A stretch of 63,525 nucleotides of DNA, filler included, from Globobulimina sp. (Eukaryota), in the NCBI GenBank assembly GCA_003354225.1. It is 51 parts of 51 records of this genome, joined end to end, with 100 filler letters (N's around TTAATTAATTAA, not from the genome) between each part and the next. Parts side by side here need not be neighbours in the genome. Positions count along the whole stretch, not along the records: positions 34,945 to 36,091 come from PIVH01022357.1; positions 36,192 to 37,338 come from PIVH01022358.1; positions 37,439 to 38,585 come from PIVH01022359.1; positions 38,686 to 39,832 come from PIVH01022360.1; positions 39,933 to 41,079 come from PIVH01022361.1; positions 41,180 to 42,326 come from PIVH01022362.1; positions 42,427 to 43,573 come from PIVH01022363.1; positions 43,674 to 44,820 come from PIVH01022364.1; 43 more parts are not named here. The stretch is one strand, 5' to 3'. The notes below the pieces were generated by a model. It was not told the DNA's origin and searched no databases. It saw only the letters and a list, made by a program, of their open reading frames with translations. Both the position numbers and the translations under genes were made by a program. Positions 34,945 through 47,125 of the stretch are shown here, piece by piece (positions within the stretch are counted from its first letter, which is position 1; every line of letters begins with the position of its first letter).

Positions 34945-36091
34945 TTTGACTACGCCCAAGTTGGAGTACAGCGACAACAGCTTCGAAGACAGCCATTCGT
35001 GATACTCGCCGGAACCGGTCAACAAAATGTCGAATAAAGTGATGATGTGCTGCGACAATAAGCGGTTTTTCGCGTTGTTTTGCGAGATCGAGCCGCCTAA
35101 ATCCAAGATGATTTTATTAACGATGATCTCCAAACCCTCCACGCGCACAAATTCAAACAAAAATGCATCCTCGTCCTCCACATTGGTGTCGCGCAATAAA
35201 TTGATCCATTCGTTCAATTGTTGGATGGCGGAATTCATGTTTAATAGCTGCAAATTGTTTAATTTGTCCCGCAACGTAGGCGTCGCTTTGGCTTTTTTGG
35301 GCGTTTGAGGCTGTGGCGGCGATGGCGATGGGGACGCCGAGGCAGAGGGCGATGGCGATGGCGATTGTGATGGCGATGACTGTGGATTGGAGGGAGGCGT
35401 CGGTTCAGTGGACGACTCGATCGATTCTGGCTTTTCTTTGCGTGATTTGCCGCGTTTTCTCCGTGGTCTCCTTCGTTTTCTTTTCTTCCGTTGGGGCTCT
35501 TCGGGAGGCTCCGATGACAGCGATTTCTTATCATCGTCGCCGTCGTCTGTGTGGTTGTGTGTTGTTATGTATTTGTTTGCGATTTTCCGTACGTGAAAAA
35601 TCCTGAAAATTCATACCTGATTTTGGCGCCATTTGAGCGGATTCAGAGGACTCTTTTTGCTCAATGTCGTCAACGGATTGCTCGTCGTCGAGGTCTTTGG
35701 TGGAGGCTGTTGGTGAGGCGGCGGCGTCGTTGTTTGTTGGTGTCTCGTTTGGCGGTGTCGGGGTGGTGTTCTTTGGGAGGGCGGTTTGAGACATTTGAGG
35801 GTTGCCGAATGTCATTAAGTCTTTGAAGCGAATGTCGTTGATTAATTCGAACATTTTTGCTATTAATTCGTCGTCGTTTGGATTGAAGCATTTTAACTTC
35901 ATCTCATTCACCACGGTTTGTAGGATTAGTTGGTCGGATTTGCTGTTGAAGCGAGGATAGCAAGCCACGATTTCATTGATTACGCTCATTACAGCGGCGG
36001 TGGGCGTTTCTGAGTCATTTGCGTTGTATCCATTGCTTGCAAGCTTCTTTTTTTTATTGCGTCGTTTGGATCTTTTTTTGTGTTGTTCGGA
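34945..36091 (-). CDS. Hypothetical protein with S/P-rich linker and helical (possibly formin GBD-like) domain, intron 35547-35616
   Basis: Phase-1 GT-AG intron joins ORF 35531-35989 to the frame of ORF 34897-35274; EFVRVEGLEII. Confidence 0.6.
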
Positions 36092-36247
36092 NNNNNNNNN
36101 NNNNNNNNNNNNNNNNNNNNNNNNNNNNNNNNNNNTTAATTAATTAANNNNNNNNNNNNNNNNNNNNNNNNNNNNNNNNNNNNNNNNNNNNTTGCCGCAC
36201 TTCTCCAAGACAATAATTATTTCCATGGAGATGATAAGGACAAACTT

Positions 36248-36595
36248 GAACCCTATTCAATTGTAATGACCTGTTTAGAATATCAGGCAAAAAACCCTGG
36301 CAGTTTAGCCAAAGGGTTTGATATTTTGGCGACCGACATTTCGACTAGTATGTTGGATCATTGCAAAAAAGGTGAATATGACTCACTGGCGTTAGCCCGT
36401 GGTCTGTCAAAAGAACGGCTGCAGCGCTATTTTAATCCGTCTGCTAAAGGCTGTTATCAGATAAAGTCTGAATTACAGCGTCATGTGAAATTTCGTCAGT
36501 TTAATTTATTAGACAACTTTGCTATGTTAGGGAAATTTGACATTATATTTTGCCGTAATGTCTTAATTTACTTCTCACCTGAAATAAAGCTGCAA
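36248..36595 (+). CDS. cheR: Bacterial chemotaxis methyltransferase CheR fragment (Gammaproteobacteria-like)
   Basis: EPYSI, ILATDIS, LARGLS, FRQFNLL, FDIIFCRNVLIYF. Confidence 0.9.
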
Positions 36596-37854
36596 ATGGA
36601 GACATGTGTGCCCTCAACCAAACCAGACAGTCCAGAATCAGCGCAAATCATTGATCGACAAGAAGTTGAAGTGGACTCAAAAACACCATATGATCAACAG
36701 TACATCGGGCCTTGTACATTTGAAGAATGCATGGAAGAATATTGCAGACAAACGAATCAAATGTTTCCACCGCAAGATTTTGCCAGACTACCCAAAGTAT
36801 GGACCCCATGGACCGGAAAATTCCCATACGCTGAATGGAAACAACGGTATTTGTATTGGATTAACCGAGACACCAATTACCATTATATGGAGACAATCGT
36901 CGAATTTGACCCTCCCATTATCCATTATTATGAACCGGTAGACAGTTTCGATGAGGAGGTACCTTTTGTATGTGATGACAATGTGACACTACCATGTATT
37001 GAGGCTACTGTAAGTGATAATATTGTGTTTGAAGTACCATCAGTAACAGTTGACCAAGGTATTCCAAGTGTACCAAAATGCCAGTACAACAGGGCATGTC
37101 AAGGGACAACTGTAAATAATTCCAAATACAAACAGCCAGCTAAACCAATTCACGAGTTGTTGTCAGATTTAACTCTCAATAAACAACCGATTGCGGCCGC
37201 ATTGGTCGACTCGAGTGTTTCTTTGGAGCTGGTACTGACTCTGGAAGCTATGGAGATTCCAGTCATAGTAATGGATATCAGTAGTGAGGAAGCATTATGT
37301 CAAATAGCAACACTGGTTGACAGTGGTTCAGTGTTGTGNNNNNNNNNNNNNNNNNNNNNNNNNNNNNNNNNNNNNNNNNNNNTTAATTAATTAANNNNNN
37401 NNNNNNNNNNNNNNNNNNNNNNNNNNNNNNNNNNNNNNAAGCATCAACGAAAGTGCTTTATATTTGTAGATCGAATGTAAGAAAACAAAGGAAAAACATA
37501 ATCAATGTGGTATCGACCAATGACTATGATCAAATACAAACGTTCTGTAAAGATTACGTTTATAAAAAATGTAAAAAAATTAAATTTTCACCTAAATTAG
37601 CAAAACAAATAAAGGCTTTGGGGGAAAGAGGAATTTCAGAGGATGATAATGGACAAAACGCTGATGAGGAAATACAATTAATTGAAGATGATGATGATGA
37701 CAAAGTGGAATTGTAAATCCTGAATGCAGTCATTATGACGTGTTTGCTCAAAAGTGCATAAATTGAAAGCAGTGATCTTCCCACAAAACTTGTGTCATGT
37801 ACTCATGTAAAGATTTTTTAAACTGCTAAAAACCTTCTAAGTTAGCATCAAAAT

Positions 37855-38552
37855 ATGAGTAAATCAAAGAAAAAGAAATCAAAGAAGAAAAATAAGAAAA
37901 GCCAACCAAAAAAGAATGAACAAACTGGTGAATTCAAAGTGGAAACGACGTTGCATGGATATGTAATGACCGGGCCATTCACACCAAGCAAAAATGTTTG
38001 GTACTGTGATCACGAAAAATGGTGTGTACAGACGTTATAAAATTCATATCAACACATAAAAATTCCAAAAAAATATATTAAAACAAAAACAGTCAATATA
38101 CGCAACATGGGGTGTATAGACGTTACAAAATTCAAAATTGGCGCTCCATGAAATTTGGCAAAAAATTTGTGTTATGCGATGGCTGTGTTCGACAATTTCA
38201 AAAAGCGAAACCATTACAACAACAACGACAACAGCAAAGTGCAGCAAATGTAAATGGTATAAACCCTTGTATTACTATGCATTTTTCGCACTATATACTA
38301 CGTTGCATATATATTTACGCACAGTGAAGCTAAATATAAATGGCATAAATCCTGGCTACCAACAACCGCAACCCGTCGCAATGCCAATGCAGCAACATGC
38401 ATATTACCAGCAGCCCGCAATGGCTATGCAAGCGCAGCCGATATATAATCAACATCCACCACAACAGCAAGCATATAATTACCCGCAGCAGATACCACAA
38501 TCAATGGTCCAGCCGCAGCAATATCAACCGCAACAAGCACCGTTTGCCATAG
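37855..38552 (+). CDS. Lys-rich N-terminus, Cys-containing domain and Q/P/Y-rich tail; introns 38022-38092 and 38257-38324, third donor at 38553
   Basis: Both GT-AG introns join ORFs 37855, 38112 and 38138 in frame. Confidence 0.7.
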
Positions 38553-38700
38553 GTATGTATTGCACTGTTTTGTGTGTTACTTTTTNNNNNNNNNNNNNNN
38601 NNNNNNNNNNNNNNNNNNNNNNNNNNNNNTTAATTAATTAANNNNNNNNNNNNNNNNNNNNNNNNNNNNNNNNNNNNNNNNNNNNCAGATATTTGATGGA

Positions 38701-39063
38701 TTGAATGATTATGAATTTGCAGAAAAGATATTGATGGGAGATATTTATTTTAGTATGATATCACAGCTTACAATCAAAGATTACGTACAAGGATGGAAAT
38801 TTACATCCACATTAATTTACTCATTTTCTATGCAAAAACCTGTGTTAATGTATGGTAAATTAGTAAATATATGGACACAATCATTGACATATAATATAAC
38901 ATCGTTTCTATCTTATTTTGATGAGAATGATATTATTAATTCGTTGCTGCGAATTGTGAAGAATGAGACATATTATACGGAGTTGTGTGTCAAAGCGAAA
39001 CAAATGACGTCTTTGATTCGCAAAGAGAATTCTCATACATTATCTGCACTGCTTTTAAGCTGA
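38701..39063 (+). CDS. Hypothetical protein C-terminus (possibly GT-B glycosyltransferase-like)
   Basis: KFTSTLIYSFSMQKPVL segment; weak. Confidence 0.45.
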   Translation: MNDYEFAEKILMGDIYFSMISQLTIKDYVQGWKFTSTLIYSFSMQKPVLMYGKLVNIWTQSLTYNITSFLSYFDENDIINSLLRIVKNETYYTELCVKAKQMTSLIRKENSHTLSALLLS

Positions 39064-39066
39064 GAT

Positions 39067-39832
39067 TTATGGCAACGTTAACAAGTGAGTTATTTGCAAT
39101 GGATCAGTTATTTCTAGATTTATGTGTTGCTCTTCACATTGATACAGCACTTGCAACACTTGAATGTCAACAGAAAACGAAATAATATCAAATTGCTTTA
39201 ATTCTTGTAACGTGCAAAAATATGCATCTCCCCATCCAAAATGTTCCATATCAAAATCATGAGTCAATGAATAAGTTTTATTGATATCCTCACAAATTAT
39301 TTTAAATTTAGTTTTTATAGTTTTAACTCCAATGGGCAATTTAAATAAGATTAAAAACATCGAAACATATCCAATATATTCCCTGCCATCTCCATTTGGC
39401 GATGCTTGAACGACCCACAAATCATTCAATACATCGCTACACATTGTTTTCTCGCATTTACTGTTTTTAAACGACATTGAATCGTTTTTATTCAATGAAA
39501 AAACTAAATGGTAGTTCTCTGGTAATATGGGTTTATAATCAGGTTGCTCCAATGCTAATGTTTTAATATTAAACTTAGAATCTTGTTTTAATATTAATCG
39601 ATGAATATTTATTTCACATTCAATAGTTATGGATGTAACATTTGCTTTTAATACCTCAGCCGTTGGCAATTTTTTGCTCCATTTACTGATCTCATTCATT
39701 GATATGGATGAGCTCCATCCCGCACCTGCTTCACATTCAAATACACGAAATATTCTACCAAATTCAACTTTTGCTATCATCGACGGTGTATATAATAAAC
39801 GTAACCCAACCACAAAGTATCCAGTTAAAGAG
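39067..39832 (-). CDS. Tandem MATH/TRAF-like domain protein (5'-partial)
   Basis: W....SPNG....GYVSMFL.L..LP, FGWG, with a second related repeat upstream. Confidence 0.7.
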
Positions 39833-39963
39833 NNNNNNNNNNNNNNNNNNNNNNNNNNNNNNNNNNNNNNNNNNNNTTAATTAATTAANNNNNNNNNNNN
39901 NNNNNNNNNNNNNNNNNNNNNNNNNNNNNNNNTCGCAGATTTCTATTAATTTGTGTATCGAAT

Positions 39964-40707
39964 GTGTTTATAACAATGGTGGTTGGTTTGGATGCATTCA
40001 GTGAGTTGTTGTTATCCGATGTGATGAAAGCAAGCGAACCATCTTTGGACACTGGCATATATGTGATGGTGGCCGCATCCTTCCCGTTGGGTTTGACGCT
40101 TGCTTTATTGGTAAGCTATGTGTTCTTGCGAGATCAAGAGAGGTATTGGTTAGCAAATTATGTAAATTTGTCCTTATTATTTGCAGTGCTATTTTGTATG
40201 GCATTACTTGCATGGACATGGGCCATGGAACTGTTTGGATGTGTATCAACATTTACATGTTTATCATCAGTGGCATTGTTATTGTTTGGTTATGGTTTCT
40301 TGATCGCCTATCCGTATTATATACAGATTGGTGTATTTGCATTGAGATTCGGTGGCAATGATGCCGGCTTAGTTGCGTGTTTAATTGATTTTTGTGGCTA
40401 TTTGCCTTCTTCAGTTTTATTGATTGTTGGAGCATGGATGAGTTCCTATGGCTGGAGATATGTCTTTGTATTGACGATTGTTAATGTGTGTCTAGCTGCT
40501 GTTTCTTTTATGTATTTCAATCATTATGATGTTATTCATGAAAGAAAGGAACAAATCATTTTAATGAATATGGTGCAATCGGATGCAATGCGAAGTTTGG
40601 AAGAAATTGTACCATCGGACATTGTGGATGGATCAAATTTAGGATTACTCCGAAGTAGACGCATCAGTCAATCGGATGAAAGTGACAGTCAACATCATGA
40701 TTCATAA
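39964..40707 (+). CDS. MFS transporter, C-terminal half
   Basis: About six TM helices; RFGG..AG.V...ID..GY motif. Confidence 0.75.
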   Translation: MFITMVVGLDAFSELLLSDVMKASEPSLDTGIYVMVAASFPLGLTLALLVSYVFLRDQERYWLANYVNLSLLFAVLFCMALLAWTWAMELFGCVSTFTCLSSVALLLFGYGFLIAYPYYIQIGVFALRFGGNDAGLVACLIDFCGYLPSSVLLIVGAWMSSYGWRYVFVLTIVNVCLAAVSFMYFNHYDVIHERKEQIILMNMVQSDAMRSLEEIVPSDIVDGSNLGLLRSRRISQSDESDSQHHDS

Positions 40708-41679
40708 GTCATTCTCATAAGTTGTATTTTTTCTACATTTTTTTTTTATCATATTTTATTTCCAAATTATCTTATTTTCAATCCATTTGTACAATCGACG
40801 GACTTCAGATAATCCATGACATGTATTTCAGATTGATTATGCTTTATATGTTTCAACAAATGGTGTTCATATAATATATATAAAAAATTCTGTTTGTATG
40901 ATAATAAATGGAACCAGAGAGCTGAAATTAGTATTTTATCAGAAGTCAATAAAATCGTGCCTGTGAACGTGTTTCTAAGACGCGCCCCCACTCAAAAACT
41001 TTATTTTTAGAAACACGGCTCACAGCCACGATTTCTATTGACTTCTGATACAATGTTTTATCAAAAAAAATGACCATACNNNNNNNNNNNNNNNNNNNNN
41101 NNNNNNNNNNNNNNNNNNNNNNNTTAATTAATTAANNNNNNNNNNNNNNNNNNNNNNNNNNNNNNNNNNNNNNNNNNNNAGAAAGGGAAAGGGAGATTAG
41201 GTTCGATACGATGAGTCCTTTGGTGTCTTTTAGTATTCCAAGAGTTTACAGAGTGGTCAAGTTAAAAGAAAGAAAATTGAATGAAAATTGAATGAATTGA
41301 ACAACTTAAATATTTTAATATATTGTATTCCACCATAATGGAATGACTTGAAATGACCTCAACTGGTCAATACGTTGTATACATTTTTTCAATTATCTGA
41401 GAAACGGTTTGCAAATCCAGAATCTGTTTGCTATTGATTTGCAAATGCAGCATAGTTTCCACTGGTTTATGTGGTTTAATTACACCCATCTCTTAAATGG
41501 GTCAAAATATTTCGGACTTATAAGTTTGAATAAAATCAATAAATCTTTTTATTTGCATTCCGGGAAAATCCAACCAAAAATAACAGTATGGCCCTGCATG
41601 GGCTATCTGTGAAAAAATTCCAAAAAGATTTATATAATTCGACACCTTATATAATTGTAATTGACACTTTCTATCCTTA

Positions 41680-42186
41680 TTAGTTCAATAATGCTATGGC
41701 TTTCACACTGTCAAATCGTGTCAATCCGTACATAAGAGATGTTTTAACAAAATGTCCTCGCATTAATTTGGCATTCCATTTCATTAAATTTGTGTCATCG
41801 ATAGCTATCCAATGTGTAATTTTCACCTTATTATTTTTTGAATATGACAACAGAAAAGATTTGATTTCATCTGTTCGATATAACAACTTTGGTGTACATC
41901 CAATGCAATCCATATTATGTCCATGTAATGCATCTGTCAATTCTTTCAATTCAGAATCAATTAATCTCCACGACGATGAAACTACAATTTCCGCGCCAGT
42001 TGCATCAATTATCTTTTTCAATAGTATTAATTTATCATCTTGTATCTCTGTATTTTGTCTACAACTATCCATGGTATTAAGCACTCCATCAACATCCAAA
42101 AATAGCAATTTTACAGAAGGTTTAGACGAAAGTGAACCCATTATACAAAAATGCGACAAACAAAAAGTTTTTGTTAAAAGCAACAA
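41680..42186 (-). CDS. HAD-superfamily protein (HAD_SAK_2-like)
   Basis: LFLDVDGVLN, IVVSSSWR, WIAIDD, GLT motifs; likely start MGSLSS (myristoylation-like). Confidence 0.85.
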   Translation of the reverse strand: MLLLTKTFCLSHFCIMGSLSSKPSVKLLFLDVDGVLNTMDSCRQNTEIQDDKLILLKKIIDATGAEIVVSSSWRLIDSELKELTDALHGHNMDCIGCTPKLLYRTDEIKSFLLSYSKNNKVKITHWIAIDDTNLMKWNAKLMRGHFVKTSLMYGLTRFDSVKAIALLN

Positions 42187-42426
42187 AAATGATCAAATTG
42201 AAATTATAAATTGAACATCGGATAATACAACAATGTAACAATCATAAATTAATAGACGAGAAACATGCAATTAAGCTTAAATTAAAGAATTTATTTTTTT
42301 TTCGTTAATGTATTGCTGAGCCAATCNNNNNNNNNNNNNNNNNNNNNNNNNNNNNNNNNNNNNNNNNNNNTTAATTAATTAANNNNNNNNNNNNNNNNNN
42401 NNNNNNNNNNNNNNNNNNNNNNNNNN

Positions 42427-42993
42427 ATCATAGCAACTGATTCCTCCAATGAACATAACAGAACAGGCATAGGCATCATGATAAAAGATGCAAACAAAAT
42501 ACATTGCCTTGCTCAGCCAATCGGATCACAAACCAACCACTATGGTGAATTATTAGCCATTGGCAAATCCAAATTCTTCATAAAATTCTGCAAAATAATA
42601 TGTGACAATAGACGGATAATACTATTCACTGACTCCATGACCAATTTTATATCAATCATAATCACTCCCCACAACATTAACAAATTAACATATTGTGCAC
42701 TGCTTAAAGAAACACAAAATTATATAAAAGCCGCCAACATAATCCTTTGGAAGGTCAAATCCCACACCATACCAAAGCAACAAGTATTTAATGCAATTGC
42801 TGACAAACTAGGAGATGTTGGACGATCGCATCCCCAAAACAACAACCTCATTATACCATCAATATCATCTGTGCAGTATGCTAAATATCGGTGTTTCACG
42901 ACACCACCTGGATCCTCTTTTGGATCCTTACTAAACCTCGCAGGGATGTTCAAGCAATCTGTGAGCCTGGAGTCAGATTTAGAACCTGACTGA
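42427..42993 (+). mobile_element. RNase H1-like domain of probable non-LTR retrotransposon origin (5'-partial)
   Basis: ATDSS...TGIGI, TNHYGELLAI, LFTDS, WKVKSH, NAIADKL catalytic D-E-D-D pattern. Confidence 0.7.
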
Positions 42994-43029
42994 ATTTTGA
43001 CCCACTACTACTACCACTAGCTAGTCAGA

Positions 43030-43573
43030 ATGGATTTTGATGAACCTCTAGATTTTGACACTGAATCAAGCACAGACAACGAACACAGTTTCTCAGACAG
43101 TGGATCAGATTCCTCATTCGAGTCAGATTTTGATCCAGAATCATTAAAATCACACAATCGAAAAGTAACAACACCACGTCCATCATTAACAGAGCTCGAA
43201 GGCATTTTGGGAAACTTAAAAACCTTAAATCTCGATGAAGAATTCATGTTAAATGACATTAAAATGGAGATGGAGATGGAAAATAACACCAAAGCACGCA
43301 ATTCAGTCTCTTATGATGATAAAAACGAGAAAGCAGCGCCAGTAATACACACAGAGACAGTGTCGCAGACCAGAATTGGTAAGAAATGGTATATAAATCA
43401 ATATTTATGCTATAAATACCTCGGCAAAGGCTCATTTGGCAAAGTCTGCCTCGCCAAAGACATCCTGACCAATAAAAAAACTGCAATCAAAGTCTTAAAC
43501 AAATCATTATTGCGCAGAAAACGTATACTCCACAAAAACAAACCCGCTACAAATATGTTGGAGAATATATTCC
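43030..43573 (+). CDS. CaMKK/GRIK-like Ser/Thr kinase, N-terminal part
   Basis: INQY....LGKGSFGKV, AIKVLNKSLLRRKR. Confidence 0.8.
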
Positions 43574-46168
43574 NNNNNNNNNNNNNNNNNNNNNNNNNNN
43601 NNNNNNNNNNNNNNNNNTTAATTAATTAANNNNNNNNNNNNNNNNNNNNNNNNNNNNNNNNNNNNNNNNNNNNTTGATATTACAGTTGTTATTTATGTAA
43701 TATATTGATATTACAGTAGTTATCAATAGTTTTATGATGTTTATTACTATCCCGATCAATACAGGTATTGAGTCGAAAGTAACCCGATCAATTCACTGTA
43801 CGTCAACTAACCAAATCAATTCAACAAAATAACATTGACAAAAAACTGCAGAAAATTGAGAAAAGAAAATATTAAACATTTGGCAAAAAAATTATTTCTC
43901 CAAATCATTCACTTTGAATTTGAATTTTCAAAACAAGAAATAAAGGAATTAAAACAACAATATTTAATTATAACTGAAATCAATAAAATAAAATAAATCC
44001 CTCGATACAGTTTATTAGAGCATATGATGTAATATAATAATTGGATTATTTACAGGCAAAATGTTAATTGAAATATTTGCCAAAATTGAATTAATAAATT
44101 GTATCATCAATTAATTCAATTTAAGAAATAAGGTAATAGTGGTTTTTTAATTACATATTTGGTAAACCTGATAAATAAAAATGATAATCATTTTGCAATA
44201 GCATTAAAAACACACCAAATGTTAATTAAAATTATATAACAGATAAAACAAAGTCAAATTACTACAATGTTATATTGAAAACAAGTCCTAAATATCAAAT
44301 CAATGTTGATCATGATGTGAGTATTATAGCTACAAATACTGCATTTATATGAAATGGAATGAATGGAAATGAAATCATTTAATAATGAAATACTGCTGCA
44401 CAATTTTGCGAAAATGAAAAAGGATTTATCGACAGATATGACATGACTAAAAGCCCATTGAGTGAGTCTCCAATTGTGAAAGGTAACCTTGTGTGTATTC
44501 AACTTTCAACTTTCAACGATTTACAGACTACGAAAAACAATTAAACATGCACACAAAATAGGAATGAGCCAAAAGAGTCATCTTTGAATTTAAGTCTTCA
44601 CAGAGTTAACAAGATCGGAATGTTTTTTGTTGTTTTTGCGGTATGTAAGCTGGTCAACTTTGAACGGAAAAAACAAGATCTGAATGCATATGATTTACAT
44701 CTGAATGTTTTACAAATTGTCATTTTTTCCTTTTCTAAAATTAAAAATTAAATTTAAAATTAAAATTAAAATTATAATAAGAATTCAATAGAACAGAACA
44801 AATTAAAGCAGAAATTGAACNNNNNNNNNNNNNNNNNNNNNNNNNNNNNNNNNNNNNNNNNNNNTTAATTAATTAANNNNNNNNNNNNNNNNNNNNNNNN
44901 NNNNNNNNNNNNNNNNNNNNTATTGGTAATAATGGTGCGCGAGAACTCTCACTAGTATATTACTAATAATAATAGAAAGCAAAATGGATAATTAAACTCC
45001 AAAAAATTTTGAAATACGACGTTATATTTATGTACCTGTATCATTGTTCATGGTAACGTTGAGGGTGGCTAAACCGGGCGTTGGACAATTGAAAACGTAA
45101 GTTTTCACTTTGGATGATAATCTCAATTTGTTAACCTTCGAAATAGGATGAGCCATTATGAGAGAGAAAATATAATAAGAGAAGAGAAAAGACTAGATTT
45201 TGGAGAGAATGGCAAAACGGTGAGGTTTGGGCCTTATATATTGCTCGGTCACGTGATGTAAAATTAAGCAGCAAATGTTCAACATTACACAATTATATTT
45301 TAAAGAAAAGTTAGCACTCGGTTTAAAATTTGGGAAAAGTCTGGCATTAATGGCTTAAATTTCGCAAAAAGATAAACAATATGCAAGAAAGTGAATGTTA
45401 CACATTTTACGCAAAAATAAGAAAAATGATAGTGTTTGTTCACAAAAAATCAAAAAAGTTAGGCAATTGGGATACCTAATTTATCAACTAAAGAAAGCCG
45501 CCGCAACATAAAATTAAGAGTTCGTTAAAATAAAATGTTTCGTTTCACAACCTACAAATAAAAATTTATATTTTTTTGCTTAATTAATTAAAAAATGGAT
45601 AATCAAGAACTTTTTGGAAATATGTACCATCAAACCGTGCAAGGCAATATCTTGGGAAATGAAACGTTAAGTTTTGGTTACAATGAATTTCAATATGCAG
45701 TTGGTGAAGGTAAATTTAGGGAAAATTTAATGACTTGGCTACAAATATGTACATATACAGTAGTGCCTAATACATTTTATACTGCATTTCAGTACCAACA
45801 AATATCATTTTGCCTACATGCGGTGCTATAATTCCGTCCCAAGCTAACGTTCAACCATCAACAAATACAGGGTCGAGTTCATTGGAATCAGTCCCTCCTG
45901 TTCCAATTCCGCTTCAGGAGAGGGATAGTTCTTTAGGAGAACAAGACTGTCCCTGTTGTTTAAATGGACAATTAAATAGTAAGCTTCTATAGAATAGAGG
46001 TATTATAACTGAATTAAAACATGAATCGAAAGCTAAAAGAAACGAAAACATGGATATAAGCACAAATNNNNNNNNNNNNNNNNNNNNNNNNNNNNNNNNN
46101 NNNNNNNNNNNTTAATTAATTAANNNNNNNNNNNNNNNNNNNNNNNNNNNNNNNNNNNNNNNNNNNNG

Positions 46169-47125
46169 AGTGAGGCATAGTCACTATTTCTCGCTAATAA
46201 GTTTGACGAAATGTGTGATCAGTTAAATATAAATGTTTCGCATGCAAAAGATGAGAATGGTATCTTTGAAGGTGTAGTACATGGCATTGGGTTTAATCTG
46301 AAAACAAAACATGTACACATACCATCACATAAATATAATGAGTTAGTTTTAGGTTTAAGTTTAATGATAAAATATCGATATGCTACAGGACGAGCGCTTG
46401 AATCCATTTGTGGTAAAATAATGCATTGGTCCCAATTGCGTAAACCAGCGAAGATTCTATGCTATCGATTATTGGGTTTAATTCATAAAAAAATCAGAGC
46501 AAATCCTAAATTAAAAGATAAAATATTTTGGATCCCTGATCCCATAATTCGTGATTTGAAATTTTGGTTACAATATGCTGCTTTTATGCGTAAAGTAACT
46601 ATGAAATCAGTCATTAATCAACCATCCATAACAATTACTGGTGCCACAGATGCGAGCAATTTGGGTGGTGGCTTTATCATTGGTTCCCTTTATGGTGCAT
46701 ATGAATTTAGAGATGAATCAAATATATATGGCATTAATCATAGACAGATGCATATAAATTATCAAGAAGCACATGCAGTTATAATGTTATTACATAATTA
46801 CCGCGATATGCTGACTGGACGACAGTTATTATTATATATTGATAATACGTCGGTAATGTATAGTATCTATAAACATTGGGCCGGAAGTGAACAACTAATG
46901 GAATACATTCAGGAAATAGTATTATTAATGTGTATATATTGTATTGGTCTCAGAGTGGAATTTATCCCTTCAACCTTTAATGGTTTGGCAGATTCTTTAT
47001 CGAGATGTGAATGGCAACGTTTTTATGATGAAATTGATGCTTTTAATCTTGAAATAAATGATACTCAGACAATACTGGAATACTATCCAACGTTAAAATT
47101 ACTACGCAAATATGACTCAGATTAA
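46169..47125 (+). mobile_element. DIRS/Ngaro-type retrotransposon RT C-terminus plus RNase H
   Basis: LESICGKI, DLKFW, TDAS..GGG, HINYQE..AV, YIDNTSV, FIPS..N.LADSLSR; in-frame TAG at 46178 suggests decay. Confidence 0.88.

Noticed and set aside
43674..46067. Short ORFs in two largely non-coding AT-rich contigs
   Set aside because: No recognisable domain, repeat structure or RNA motif found.
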